A stretch of DNA of 64,000 bases from Amoeboaphelidium protococcarum X5 (lineage: Eukaryota; Fungi; Aphelidiomycota), in the NCBI GenBank assembly GCA_023515725.1, contig JALDTO010000158.1, positions 425,268-489,267 of the forward strand, read 5' to 3'. This document shows positions 38,337 to 52,575 of the stretch, in pieces (position 1 is the stretch's first letter; every line of letters starts with the position of its first letter). The translations under genes were made by a program, and so were the position numbers. The notes below the pieces were generated by a model. It had not been told where the DNA came from. It saw only the letters and a program-made list of their open reading frames with translations, and ran no database searches.

Positions 38337-38686
38337 AAATGATCCGGCAATCGTCGAGCGGGTGGAACGAAACGCGTCCGTCCATTGTTCTTTTCTCTTC
38401 ATTCATCTGCTGGATCACAATCAGTCACTCACTTAGTATTGGCATTGTCAAGTAAGCATCATCACTACTGGTTGGCTCTGTGAAAGTGAAGTATTGTCCA
38501 CCATCCATCTGTGCATTTAATTGTTTATAACACTAGTTTGATTAATTCTGTGAATATTCTGTATATATATATAGTAGGTACTTATTATATGACTCTTGAC
38601 CATCGTCATTATACATGTGTACGTTCTAATTGAACTTTTACATTTGTGTAGTACCTGTTGGTAATTGTATTGTAATTATAATAATA

Positions 38687-40825
38687 ATGTCTGATGAGAA
38701 CGATAATTCTTTGATTCAGCAATATAATTCTGGTGATCATCAGTGGAATAGTCATTTAAGCTCTGCTGCCGCTGCTACTGATGATGCGGTTTCTGTTACC
38801 AAGCATCCTAGTAACGACGCTGAATCTGTTAAAGTTTCCCAATTTGCATCCATCTTAGATACTAATAATAATAAATAGCTGCAACAGTTGTTACCTGGAG
38901 CCCGTTCCCAGCAACGGAGTCTGAAATCTTAAGAATAATCGTAATAACAAGATTAGTTGTTATTCTTATCATCATCGTCTCTGTTGTCTTCGTAGTAGCA
39001 ATAGGAAGTGTAGTCGTAGTACCAATAACAGCCTCATTATCATCCTCCTTTAGAGTTGCATAGTGGCAGTAAACTTTATTCTCAAGATAATATTGGTTTA
39101 TAATCTGCGCTTAATAGTTCTGATACTTTGGAATAATAATAGTAGTAATCAAACAGCATTGCGAATATAAATCAACTTCATCATAATCAGAACATGTTGA
39201 TCAGTTCGGCTCTATTACCCAATACGCCGCCGTTTACACCTAAGCGTAGTGGAAGTCCAGGATGTATGGTGAGTTAGTAGGTGCGACCATAATCGGTGCT
39301 TGTCAATAGTTATGATGATTAGAAAGGGGCTCAAGTCGAGTTTGAAAATCATTAGGGAAAGTATAATGGCGGATAGTTGAGCAAGCTAGAAGGTGGTGGT
39401 AAGGAAACTAATCATTTGGAAGTTGCCCATCATGGGAAGTAGCAGCTTGATTTGACACCTGACGCTTCTTCTGCTGCTTCCTCAACTGTAAATGTATTTG
39501 ACGATCATCATCAATATGGAAGTTTCGACTAGCTGGAGCAGCTCTTGACGGGCTCTGGGAATCTTTTGAACGATATTGAAGTAAGTGGTGGCGGCGCTAG
39601 TTGTGGAGATCATAGCTATCTGCTTGATTTCCATTATGGTGGGGGAAATCATCATGGATAAATGTAATAGTAGCAATCATTTAATGTTTGCGGTTAGTAG
39701 AACAATCTTACAGAGTCAAAGAATACTCAGAAGGAGGATGAGAACGATGGAGTTTTCATCTCTTAACAAGCATAGCAGTAGTAGCAGTAAGATTTCTATA
39801 CTTTGGGATTGAGTCCATTGTTTAAGAATGCTGCCGCCTCTTTTGGAATGGCTCTGAATTTACAAGAGGTTCCTTTATACAATCAACATCATTAATTGCA
39901 TCATTAGCAGTAGTAGTAACAGCATCATAGTCACAATAATGGAATGGGGTCAGACGGACAGTATGGATCATCACTACTGCTGGGAAGTGGTAATTAAAGT
40001 GCTAAACCGTCGATGGATAAGAAGCCTTCTGCCATGAGAAGAAGAGCTTTCTCAATGTTGAGTAACAATAATAGTTAGAGTCCTATTATGCATGGTGCTA
40101 GCATACCTTAGGTTCAGTATTAGCATCAGGTTTAGAACAGACGCGCGTCCATCAATGAAGGTGCTTACACCAGCCTGTTTGATGAGAGCTACTGGCCTCT
40201 GGAGACGTAACCTACCAATGGATAGCCGTTACTAGACGCCATGTCGTTTCTGGTTGACAGTCATCCTGGCGGTGATTGTGCTGGTGCGGGATGTCATCAC
40301 TAGCATCATGCGAATCATTTTAGTGGCCATAGCGTGGATTCACTGTAGCATTTTGACAATGCCGCGACTGGTAAAGCTAAAAAGTCGCGAAAGAGAAAGA
40401 AGATTGACGATGCTCCCGTTGAAGATGGAATTGAAGGTCAGTAGTTGTATGCGTGCGACTTTCCGGGATGCAATAAATAGTTTGACAAGTACCATAATCT
40501 GAAGAGCCATGTCAAGAGTCATTCCGTTGAGCGCCCATACGCTTGCGAGACTTGTGGACTGCGATTTAGTAGAAATCATGATTTGAAGCGTCACGAGCGC
40601 ATCCACGCTGGCGTGAGACCGTACGTGTGCGAGTATTGTTAGAAGTCCTTTCTGCGCCTGGATGCGTTGAATAGACATTTGAAGGTGAACAATGGCCGCG
40701 GCTGTCGTACGCGCGTGAAGAAGGACGAGCTGGTCTAATTGGCGGTTGCCGGTATGGAACAACTGCACCAGGACGGCTTCAGTAGTTTCCATGACTAGGC
40801 TTTGAATTAGTAACATTATGCTTGA
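38687..40825 (+). CDS. C2H2 zinc-finger transcription factor, Crz1-like
   Basis: Long Q/S/N-rich region with poly-Gln written as TAG/TAA, then three fingers: HNLKSHVKSH, FSRNHDLKRHERIH and FLRLDALNRH...GRGC. Confidence 0.85.
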
Positions 40826-41025
40826 TTACTTGCTTGATTAAAAATGTGCAATATACAGCCTACTAGTTATTCCTTGATTTTTGGTTTGATTATGATTTGA
40901 TTTAGTTTTTGATGTTGAAGATGATAGTTAACAGATATGTAAAGCAATCGTGTAGATTAAGACGTCTGTCTCATTCAACAAGCCAACATCTATTTATTAC
41001 AACAATCACTAGCAACTTTATTAAA

Positions 41026-44000
41026 TCAAGTTCTCTTTGGTTCTTTCCATTGATAAAACTCGATGAAAACCACACTGACATTGTCGGTACTTCCCAACTT
41101 CAGACTCTCGTCAACCAGAGCCTCACTGATGCCCTTCGTTCTATTTCCATGTTTCTTCATGTACTTCTTGACAAATTTACGAACAGCATCGGGAGTCATC
41201 ACATCCCAGAGACCATCACAGGCCAGCACAACATATTGTTCATCGCCTCGCATGTCAACCTCCAGGATATCCGCATCTGGAGTGATGACTTTATGCCTAA
41301 TATTTCCAAATGCTCGCGTCACTGCAACAATACCGTTGACTCTCAGTATTCCACCCTCCTCAGATATGAATCCGCCCAACTTTTCAATTCTCGCCTTTTC
41401 CGTGGCAGACCCCGGCTTATGAGGATTGACTAGCTCTATAGTCTCCTTCTCCCGATAGAGTGATGCCAAAGAGTCACCTACCCACGCAACGAACATCTTG
41501 TTCTTCCTAAACACGATTACAACACCAGTACTACCGGCTGTGGTTGGAAGATAAAGTCTGTCAGATGCCTCCTTTAACTCATCCTAAGTTTTGAGAAATG
41601 ACTCTGTGAGAGCCTTCTTGAAATCAGTATCCAGCTCGGGATGCTTCATCAAGTTGTAATGCAGATGAGTCTCTACAAATGCTGCAACGTGGATACCACC
41701 ATGGCCATCGTAGACTGCATAATATGATATTGGGTCTTCCACTGCCTATTTTCGGTCCACCAACACATCGATATAAGGCAGATGAATATGACGATCCTCC
41801 ATTGTCGGTCTGATTCCTTATTTCGCGCAATACTCATACTTGGTGGGAACTAACGGTGCCTCTTTCAGCTCATTTGGATTTTAATCAAACTCTTCAGCAT
41901 CAGACAAGAGACGATTCTCTACAATGCCACTCAATTGACTTTTAATCTTACCCGCATCATAGACATCCTTATCAGACAGTTTATACTAATTCGCATGCTA
42001 AGCTATGAAATCCAACGCCAACTGTCTAGTGATCTTGGCGACAAAGTAATCCCAAACTGCAACGGAAGGATACTGCTTCTAACATTTGAAAGTGTACATC
42101 AGAAACTGAGGATTAGTGTAAATGTCATGGATGACGTGCGCAAGGCAAAACTTTTCCAAATCTCTAGGTAGCACCGTATCTTGCACGTTGAAAAAGAATG
42201 GAAACTGAGCAGAGCTCTGCTTCTTATTACTATCCTCCGCGGGCGCCAAGTTTTCCGTCACTGCACTGACGGCGGATTTCCATACAGATTTAATATCAGT
42301 CAACCAACCAGCCATATCCACAGACTGATCAGCGCTTTCCAGAATATAAGATCTTCCTCTAGTGGTGATTTTGATCTATTTTACCGGAGTGATTATAGCA
42401 ACTTTAGCTTGCTACTACTACAACTTCTCCTCTTCAACTTTCTTATCTGGAACTGTGATCTTCGTAATCATGGTGGGATAGGTAGGATTCAACTCAATTT
42501 CATCCAACTCGGCAGCACTGTCATTAGACTTGATTTCGATCTGCGTGCCCATATTATCATCTTTAACTATTTCTTGCTGGACGTCACTCTCACGCTTAAT
42601 AGAAGAATCCGTACCTTGTTCTTCTGATGATTAATTATCTCCTTCATTCATACTACTATCAATTGTAATCTCCTACTTTGGAAGCTCTGCAATACTAAGC
42701 TGCACTTCAATACTCTTTTCAATGTCTTTACCTTCAGCAGACTGATCTTCAATGACAATTTCAGCAGTCTTGGCAATTTTACTCCCGCCACTGCCCGGAG
42801 AGTCGGCGGCGCTATCAGCCTTCTTTACAATCTCCTTAATGACTGGTGGATAAGTAGACACATCAACCACGTCCTTTAATCTAATCTCAACCTGAATCTC
42901 TTGATCTTTCTCGTCAACAGACATAATAAGACGCGCCTGCTATAGAGTACAATGCTTTTGCAGTTTCTTTGTACAATCACCAATCTGTACCAGGAGCACA
43001 CCTTCACGGATCGACTTGTTGGCATTTCGTTCGGCAACTGCGGTGGGAGTACTAGCCTGGACCACTGCTCTTATACGCCGCAGAATATAATCTGCCCACT
43101 CGAGGACGTGTTAATTAGTCGGACCAAATTTCTTTATGCCACCAATTACGTGTTCCTCCAACTGAGTGCGCATTATAATCTTAATACTCTACTGATCAAA
43201 AGTGACATTAAACAAAAACCAGAAAGCCGCCTCCACATTCTACTCTCGCTCCTGATGTATAGTCAGAATCTGCTTGATCATTGGGAATACGCCCATCTAG
43301 ATCAAAGAGTGGACACTTTCTGGTTATAGAGCTAGATTTCCAAGTAGCCAGCAAAACTGCTCACAAATCTAAGGATCTTGTAGGTTTCCACCATTCGCCG
43401 AGTTGGTTATCATGAAGCCCATTCTATCAATCAAGTACTTGCGAGCATGCGACTCCACAGTCAGATTTCTAAATAGCCATAAGAATGAAGCAACAGACTG
43501 TCGGTCATTCATAGCAGCGGCGAATTTCTAATGCAGAACCTCAAGCCATGTATTGTCCAAAACAGCCTTAGAGTTGTGCTCAGCAAAGTTGATCAACGAT
43601 CTTATAGCCTCACGCACCACATCCTGAGGTATCATTGGAGTCTTTAATAACTCAAAAATGGCCTTAATGCGACTTTCTTCACCATTCTTATGAGATTTGG
43701 CATTTCTACTCAAGATCATCAACAGCAGCAGAATCTTGTCCAAAAATGGATTCTTGTCATCTGACACCAACTCAAAGATTAAGCTAACCAGATCACTATT
43801 GTACTGGAATGTCTGCGCAGCTTTAAAGTTAGCCATGACTCTATAATGTGCAATAAAATCAATAAGATACTACTTGCAGCCCTCGCGCTATTTCACTGTC
43901 ATCTTCTTATAATCAAACTTTAATACCTTGGATAGATCTTCTGCTATACGCACATGATCTTGATCAGATGCAGGTACCGCAAATACAGGACTATTCAGAG

Positions 44001-44805
44001 ACTGATCAGCTTCGTTTGGCTCTCCAGTCACCACGTCAACTCTCTCATAATTATTCGTAGCATCAGGTACAGTAGTCATCGTATTGGAGCTATTGACTGA
44101 TATTTACGTCTAATTCTCACCATAATTCGATGAGGTAAGCGACTGATACTGCTTTGGCAGAGTATTTCCTCGAACGGCCATCAATGAATTGGCAGTATCA
44201 CGATCCTTCAGTATTGGCACAGTATCTTCAGCTTCAGTTGATTCGGAAGTGATTGCACTAGACGGCTGCGTTGGCAAGGAACTTCCTGCTGTGAATTATT
44301 ACGGAGTACCTACTTCATAGCGAATAGTCTGTTCATCATCGTCATTATTATTAAATTGGTCCTTACTGCCAGTGCGGCTCTATTGATTGCTTCCATTACT
44401 GTTGGTGCTGTTCTAAATAGCTTCAATTCTTAGCGGCTTACGATCTTTGCTCATATCACCAGTTTAAGCAGCGCTAGTGTCATTAGACATTCGAGGTAGA
44501 GAAGCTTGATCTGCATCAGTGTTAAATAGACTGACATCACTATGAGCACCAGTCAACTTCTTCATACCTCCTGCTCCATCCTATTGCTGACCACCAGCGA
44601 CACTCAGAAACTGACCAGCAGCACTTATATCTGGGCGCACAAACTAATGATTAGACACTCGGACGGAGCCAGTGAAATCATTGTGCTACTGTAGCACTCT
44701 CTCATCCAGCAGTGGAGATGGCGATGTAGGCTGTTCGCCAGCTGATTCCGCCTAAGGACTTTCAATTCGGATATCACTGTTAATATCTTCTCTATCCTAA
44801 GACAT
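41026..44805 (-). CDS. Large PP2C phosphatase with N-terminal ARM-like and PH-like regions (1259 aa)
   Basis: Five ORF-track fragments share one frame; PP2C motifs RQTMEDRH, AVYDGHGG, AWVGDS, LACDGLWDV and GSTDNVSV. Confidence 0.85.
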
Positions 44806-45060
44806 TACGCTTCTATCTTTCGCTGACTCTTAACTATGTTTTAATGCGGATAATCAATAAATCAAAAACTTTAATGACGATTTTTAGACACAGTGCAAGT
44901 GCTGAAACAAAGGTGGTTGATTTTCATTTCGTTTCAAATGGTTGCTAAGGGCTCGAACTTGCGGTCGGTTGATCATAAAGACAGTGTATGTTGGATAATA
45001 TAATCTCTTATCTTATTACAACTACAGTATAGCTCTATTTTTAATTTAAATACCTTTCAA

Positions 45061-45717
45061 TCATGTGGAATACATTACAGCGCTGTAAGCCACACCAAAA
45101 AGCGCACCGATGAATTTCTCAGCAATCGAGTGATAGTACGTGCTGGTGATGATGAGCATGAAAAGCCACAAAGCTAGTAAAGCTCTCAGAGAAAACAATA
45201 ACGCGCGGATTAGAACGCTCCTGATACCAGTCTAATTTCGCTGTCCATAAAATAGAACCAACTCCTGTCTGATGACCAGAGAAGAGTGGAGAAGAATGAA
45301 GCAGTGACCGCTAATGTCGAATGAGTTCCAAGTGTGCTGCATACGCCTGCATGAATGATAATCAGTCAAGACGGTGACATTTTACTCAGTCAAACACAAA
45401 GCATAAGGATTCCAGTGCTTGTAAAAGTTGTCAAATACCAACACGGTCATTGAGTACCAGTAGAGAGTGGCTAGAAGTAGGCGACCGACAAGGCGAGTCT
45501 GCACCGGCGATCGTTGACAAAGCAGCGCCGCACCGAACAATAAACCACTCGTCCACGCCCAGCCCATCTTTACAAATTTAAGATTCAAATACTAGATCCA
45601 ATGGACATTATACAAATTTATTCCAATACTGTCCAATAGCGATTCTCCAAAGAGCGAGAATAATACAATTATACTCAAATAGATTAAGATATCCGTCCGT
45701 CTGCGATTGATAGCCAT
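45061..45717 (-). CDS. Fat storage-inducing transmembrane protein (FIT2/Scs3)
   Basis: NLKFVKMGWAWT, FDISGHCFIL and TSTYYHSIAEKFIG. Confidence 0.9.
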
Positions 45718-45997
45718 GACAATAGTTCGTTATTAATGTATTATTCAGCAAAAAGAAAGAACCAACTGTCGCAAGATCAACGCCTGCTGTAATTCAAGTA
45801 CTATTGAGATGTAGTACAAATCTTACAATTCTAACAATTGTTACGCCCACTCTCATTATGTTCAACACTTTCACAGTATCAATAACCGCGTAGATTTATT
45901 ATCACCTACTACAATAAGAATTAAAGCTTATCAAATGGTTTGAGACTTAAAAATTGTATCAACTTTCTTTTCGCTAAGCTTCATAGTAGAAATCGTT

Positions 45998-47428
45998 ATG
46001 GACATTCCAGGATATATTTATGATCCGGTAAAGAATAGATATTTTAAATAAGATGCTTCTACTAAGAGTCCCAGAAAGAAATTAAAATAGCCTGAGTAGT
46101 CTGATACTTACATACAAAATTCTGCTGCTGATGATGAATAAAAATAAGACTTGCTTGATTTGAAAGCGTACTCTCTGACGCGTCAGTTATAAAGTAGAAA
46201 AGTTTATGGACGCCTTGTGAATATAAATCCTGTACATATGATAGAGTATTTCGCGATAAAAGAAGCTATCTAAGAGTATGTTGGTAATAGCTGGATTGAT
46301 AAGCCAGAGCCAGAGTAATGTTTATGTATAAATGAGAATATATACGCGTTTTAGCACGTACGATCCCCGCGCACAATGCAATTGATATCGGAGGATGTAA
46401 ATGTACGGGAGACCCCTTTAAGTGACTAATTAATAATGTCACATATCACAGATGCTATCGATATTACTTAGAGGAGCAAACAATCTTATATCACTGTGTA
46501 GAGAGCTACTCGATTTTATGCCATCATGCGATTCCTTACTGACCGTTAGCTGTTTAACATTCGCAATAAATTTTGTGAATTCTGGTGGGAGAGGAGTATT
46601 AATCCAATGAATTTCTTGGTTTATATACCCAATATTGATTCCGTTCTTCTGCTGATGGACCAAAATTCAAGCCTCATTAATTTGCAGACAAAGTTCAAGA
46701 CTCGAGTCGGCCTGGGATTGTCGCGTGGTCAAGAAGTTAGCGCCGTAGCCACAATCAAGCATTAGAATGTGCTTTACGCATCTAATACTGGGGATTTATA
46801 TTGTCTCACATTCACATCATTGTCTAATCAGTATTCGCGAAGTCATATTGGGCGTGTCAATGTGGGAGGCAGGAATGCGTGTATAGACAGTATTGTTCCA
46901 TTTGGAGATGGTAGTTGGGTTTTACTTCAATTTAAATTCTGTTAACAGTTGCAAATATATCACTTGGATGGTCTGAAAGAGTAATATGGTTCGGAATAGA
47001 AAATTTCATAGGGTATCATCACTGCTAGATATATCATTAATCTAAATCTGGATGTTGATGGGTACGATATATTTGACAATGATATACAGATTTAAAGTGT
47101 TGAACTCGATCCTGATGAATGTATATTACTGGTGCTGTTCAAGTGTAATGATGCTCACTAATCGCGATTACACTTCTTTGACTTTGTAGATATTAGCTAT
47201 TAATTGTAATCGTTGTATTATGCCTCATCTTTAAAAGAGCCGGCGGTAGTAGTACCCTATGCTACCGTTATAACAGAAGATGAAAGTTTCTGTTTGAATA
47301 ACGCCATGTTTGGTATTAAAGAGTTCTATCGCGGAACGGCTGACCTGTATCTGGTAATAAACGGCTCACGTTGCTTCCGACTGTGTACATACGATCGGTC
47401 TAGGCGGATTTGTCTACCATCTCAATGA
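45998..47428 (+). CDS. DCAF4/WDR21-like divergent beta-propeller protein
   Basis: N-terminal IPGYIYDPVKNRYFK motif; 476-aa frame ending in ORF 47213-47428. Confidence 0.55.
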
Positions 47429-47504
47429 ATTAATATAATAAGAAATTTTTATTTTATACAATGCATGCATTCAATTCATATAATGAGAAATAGGATAACA
47501 TTTT

Positions 47505-47933
47505 TCAAAACCTCCAACTGGTGGAGTAATCTTTGGGTGAAATGACCAAATTCTTACCGGCACGCGCACCTCTAAACACAACTTCCAGAATGTCAATCAT
47601 CTCCTGCTTGTCTTCTATGGGCCATTTGATCTTGTTATTATCTCCAGTGCCGCAGTCAATCATTATGTGTCGATTCCTGTAAAAGAACATGACTGAGCAC
47701 GGATCATACAGCTCGTACATGATATTAAAATCTGGCACCTCTGTGATGTCCACCAGATAGATGACGGCAAAGTTCTTGACGCGATCAGCAATTTTGAACA
47801 GAGTTTCATCCATTACAATACACTGCGGATCTCGGTCATATCCAAATCGGATCACCACCACTCGATCTTCTTCTGACAGTATGGCCTAGTCCACCTGCCA
47901 GCCATTAGTAAGATGCGGTAAGAAATAAGACAT
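47505..47933 (-). CDS. DIB1: U5 snRNP protein Dib1/Dim1/TXNL4A
   Basis: MSYFLPHLTNGWQVD(TAG)AILSEEDRVVVIRFG...MYELYDP...SPKDYST; 142 aa. Confidence 0.97.
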
Positions 47934-48060
47934 TTTCAATTCTTTCCCTTTTTAGTAGATCTAGCGTTAAGCTTTCGAAAGATTCGCGTCAATTGCACAA
48001 TCGCTTCAGTTTGATGATCCGCTAAAGAATTAAAAATCTATTGACGCGCGATAAAATTAA

Positions 48061-49389
48061 ATGATGGAGTACATTTAGGAATTAATGCAGTAAAACTAAG
48101 TGTTCTCTGCTGGTGCTGGATTGATAGGAGTAGGCGCTGGACTGGCATTTATGAGATCTGCTTCCAAGACTGGAGTAATGCTCTTAAAGCGAAGATATCT
48201 AACAACTTTGGAGATTCCATCGCATGATAGATCGTACGATTGGTTTATGTAATGGATGACGCAGAAGCAGCTGGGGTCGAGAAGACATTTATCAGTGAGG
48301 ACATCTTTCATGCAGCATGATAATGGCAGCGTATCTACTCATTTCACATTTCTTCCTGGTCAAGGCTTTCATTATTTTAGGTACGGCGGCGCGTGGTTCC
48401 AGGTGGAACGACTGAGGGACAAAGGCTCGGACGCTCTGATGAGTATGGCCGTGTCAAGTGGTGGACTGAATACTCGGCCGCGCGAGTCTATCACTCTGAC
48501 AGGACTTACTTAGAATGTCGATGTACTGACTGAGATGCTGAATGATTGTAGAAATCACGCACTGGAATTGCAGGAAGGTAAATTGGTTTTATATACTGCA
48601 ATGGGACACGAATGGCGACCGTTTGGAAGTCCCAAGAGACGTCGCAGCATAGATTCAGTCATACTTAAACGCGGATAGTCTGAGCTGATTGTAAACGATG
48701 TTCAAGATTTTTTGGATCCTCATAGAGGTGGCCGCTGGTACATTAAACGCGGAATACCGTACAGGCGTGGATATTTGTTACATGGTCCAGCAGGATCCGG
48801 CAAGACTTCGTTCATCTACGCTCTGGCTTCACACTTGGAATTTAATATCGCCACCCTCAATCTGGCCGAGAAATGGATGTCAGATGATAGATTAGCTATG
48901 CTATTTGCCTCTGTACCAGCGCGCACTATTGTCCTTTTGGAAGATATAGACGCTGCATTCTTGAATCGCGATTCATAGGCTGGTAATAATCTGACGTTCT
49001 CTGGTCTTCTTAATGCACTCGATGGTGTATCATCTTCAGAGGAGGGTCGACTGATTTTCATGACCACAAATCATATAGAGCGATTGGATCCCGCTTTGCT
49101 CAGATAAGGCAGAATTGACGTTAAATTGCACGTTGACGATGCGACAATAGAGTAGGCTAGGAGAATGTTCTTAAAGTTTTATGATGATGACGATGATGAT
49201 GGAGAGGGCAAGTAGTTGGTTGACGAGTTTATCACAAAGCTGAAAAAGAGTCTAGGCAAAGTGGAATCATGTGATGAAAACGATATTCTCCACGGAATCA
49301 GTATGGCTTCCCTATAGGGGCATTTTGTCATCCACAAAGACGATCCTAAAAAGGCAATACTTGACGTAGATAACGTTTTTAAACAGTGA
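48061..49389 (+). CDS. BCS1: Mitochondrial AAA chaperone Bcs1
   Basis: [51 protein letters not shown] and [14 protein letters not shown]. Confidence 0.95.
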
Positions 49390-49639
49390 TGCACTGTGTA
49401 TGTTTAGTACAAGTCATTTGTCGTTCAACTGTCAAAGTCGCGCTGCGTCGCGCTTAGATCGTTTCGTGAATTTTCTGTTCCAGTCAAAGTAACAAACAAA
49501 CACTTGAGAGGAGAGTTCTCAGTCTATCTTCTACTTCTACTTCTTCTTCATTCTATCTACTGGCAGAATAATTTATATAACAGAAATAGGTATAAGTCCT
49601 GCGGTAGTGTGCGACCAGCTGTTTAAAGAATTGAAAGTA

Positions 49640-51070
49640 ATGAAGATCCAAGTTATAAGTTCTATGATCACCTGTTATCACGCTAAGCTATTTACGGCTT
49701 GATATAACATGCGAATGATGTCCTAAGTTCACAAAATAAGAGCCTTCGTCAAAACATAATGCTGAAATTAGTTTCAAGTCGAAGTCAGATTCCATGGTTC
49801 TGAAAATATGGAGATTGGTATATTATTTGTGGACTTGAAGAGTAGATTTGTCACTTGAAGATGAGCCGTTTTACTTATCCATCTTGTAATCTGGTCTCTT
49901 GAACCTTGTCTGGTTATCTTCTGGTTGTTGCATACTCTTCTTTTCTATAATCTGAGATGGTAATATATAACGGAATAGCTGGTGTGTAGATTATTAATAA
50001 TATGAAACGCTCTTAATCTTATATAATAATGTCAAAGAGTTGACCAAACAGTTTATGAATGGGTATGAAGTGGTGGATTGTTTCAGCCGTCTGTCGGCTA
50101 TATATTTCCGTAATTAGATCTTGGCGCTGGTAAAGAATAATGGTGGTGAAGTGTCCTATTGCTCCATATCCTAGTTGGAAGATATTATTACGGAGGTGCT
50201 GAAGGAATAGACCAAGAAAGCTGATGATGAGCTATTTGTAACTTTCCAAGGATCCAAATACTTCTTACTACGCGCCAAGAGTCTCCTCGCGTCGTCCTCC
50301 TCCAGATCAACTGCTCCGGCACAGAGCTTTAGTCTCAACAATGATATTAAGCTCTATGGAATTGAACAGCAGTATCTGAAGTACAATAGCTACTTCGCTG
50401 TCTCAAGAATGTCCCTTGCAGCGCGTCTTCTGAAGAGCAAGCAAAGCTCCAACATTTTAAAGTGCTGGACAAGCTCTTAGAGAGAGGTTTGAAGACTGCT
50501 GTTTCCCCTGACAACAAGGCTTTTGTCTATAAGAAGAAATTATCGCAGGATGTTAGAGATTTGGCTTAGTGGAATAGTCTCCAGGATGCGGCCAGAAGAG
50601 GTAAAGTAGGCGCCAACAACAAAACCGTGCTTATTTGGAACTCTGCGGCTGGATTCTCTGAAAATTTGGACGTCCTCTTTGATGCGAGCCTGAGTTTTGA
50701 CTACCTCGCCTATGTTGACTAGGAAGTGGATGCTGCTGTGCTAAATCAGAAAGTTGGCTTTGTCGAGGGCAAGGAGCTAGCTGAATTTCTGGTTTAAGTC
50801 ATGCATATTCTGGATAAGGCACAGTTTAAATAACTGAGCAACTTTTGGAGCATTGATCAGTTTAAGCGTACTTGCAAGCAAGCGGACGTGCCTGAACTAT
50901 CCACGAGGTTCTAACCCGTGGTTAAATTTCTCGGCCATCTCATTGAGTCTCTAGTCTAGATCAATTGAGGACCTCTCCGCGTGGCTGCTTAATCTGGAAG
51001 GCCTTGGTTGATGGAAAACCAGACGATGCTGATGACTTGAAGATCTTGATTGACATACTGTAGATATGAT
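49640..51070 (+). pseudogene. Probable frameshifted gene remnant of unknown family
   Basis: Protein-like TGA-free stretches in different frames (about 49956-50492, 50366-50968 and a short 3' piece); no clean ATG-to-TGA model and no obvious introns. Confidence 0.4.
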
Positions 51071-51395
51071 GTGCGTTCTTACTCATTTAAAATTTACATG
51101 ATTTCTCTTCCAGCAAAACGCCTAATTAGTTCTGACAGATGGATGCTTGGCCGTTGTTTCAACTGTCAAATAAAACAAAGACAATGCTATAAAAATTGAT
51201 ATTCCAGTAGAGCATTTTTTCATATATATATATTATATTTAAACACACTCATACTCACATTGTCCATAATCCCGTGTCTCCAGCTGACTTGCGGTTTTAC
51301 ACGGGGAGTTGACTGGATGATTCCAGCTCGGACAAGTGCAACGTCACAATTGCTAGCAGTCGTAGAGCGGCTTTCCACCAGGCAGTAAAGCATAT

Positions 51396-52199
51396 TCATC
51401 TATTCCTATTCATATAATATTCAAATCTTCTTCTCAGCCACCCTTTTAGAGTACTATGATATATTTCATAGATTTTGCAGGCTCCATATCTCTCAACCAA
51501 CTCCCTCTCATAATCTCTTAGGAAGTCTCTCAAATCGGAGACCGATAGCTGTCTCTAGGAGTCCAAGTCCTGCATCCAAGGGAGAGCCAAAGAAGTAACT
51601 TCATCTCTACGGAAAGTTGGTAGCTGTTGTCTCAGAACTTCAATTCTCTGTAGCGTATCTCTGTCCACGGCAAATCGGACAAAGCGCGAACTGTGGGCAC
51701 GACCTGTAGTAGGAGAGGGATCTTCCACAACGAGACCGCCTAACCAAACACCGCCATACTATTGGCCAAATAGCGCTTGCCTACGGCTCAAGCGGCCGTA
51801 AATCTCTCTCCAATGCCTGCGGAGGTGGTCACTTCCAACCTCCACGAAGATTCTTTTCATCGTATGATAGTTCAAGGCCATCACTTAAACTTCAATAATC
51901 CCAGTGAATCTCGCTTGCTGATAAGTGCCAATATGCAATGCAATAAAAGCATAATTTTGCTTCTCTGTCTTGTCAGAATACGAGCAGTCCCAGCCAAGTC
52001 ACATTCCTCTGAACGCTTTTTTTTAATCCAATGTCATTGATAAAGCTCTCCTTTTCTGCACTGTAACTCGCTCGTGGAACAGCATGTGGTGTTGATGTTG
52101 CCTACAACACACGTTCAGCGTCTAAATCCTTGTGTAATACTTTACTTCAACTTCGGTCCAGGGGCGGACGTTCTGAACATCACGTCCAACAATTTGCAT
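51396..52199 (-). pseudogene. Unknown ORF interrupted by one in-frame TGA (intact part 51396-51881)
   Basis: Frame MQIVGRDV...GM-TGA(51999-52001)-LGWDCS...RRRFEYYMNRNR-TGA; GTAAG donor-like sites upstream near 52250 and 52360. Confidence 0.35.
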
Positions 52200-52543
52200 T
52201 AACAGAATATGGAATGATATGACAATACAAGAACATCAGAATTTAACTCTTACCTTAACTTGTGTATAAGCGAATTTGGTTGGTGTGCAGTAGGATGTTG
52301 AGCTGTGATAGCAATGCAATGAAATGACCAGCTACCGACAGTTACAGCATAAAATCTTACCTTTAATCTCTAGGCAATAGTAATATCTAACAGATAATAC
52401 CAAAATAATAAGCATCTACAACAAAGTAACAATGATGATGATGACAGATGAATATAGAATAACAGCAAGACAATAGTGTTTCACAGACTATAGACTGGAG
52501 TGATTTAGATAATATGGTGATGTTCCATTGCAGACTCTATAAA

Positions 52544-52575
52544 TGACTGACTGACTGACTGATTGATTGATTGAT
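52544..52575. repeat. (TGAC)n(TGAT)n compound microsatellite in a low-complexity, apparently gene-free stretch
   Basis: Direct reading of the tandem tetramers. Confidence 0.85.

Noticed and set aside
44940-44975. B-box-like GTTCGAGCCC on the minus strand
   Set aside because: No cloverleaf can be folded around it.
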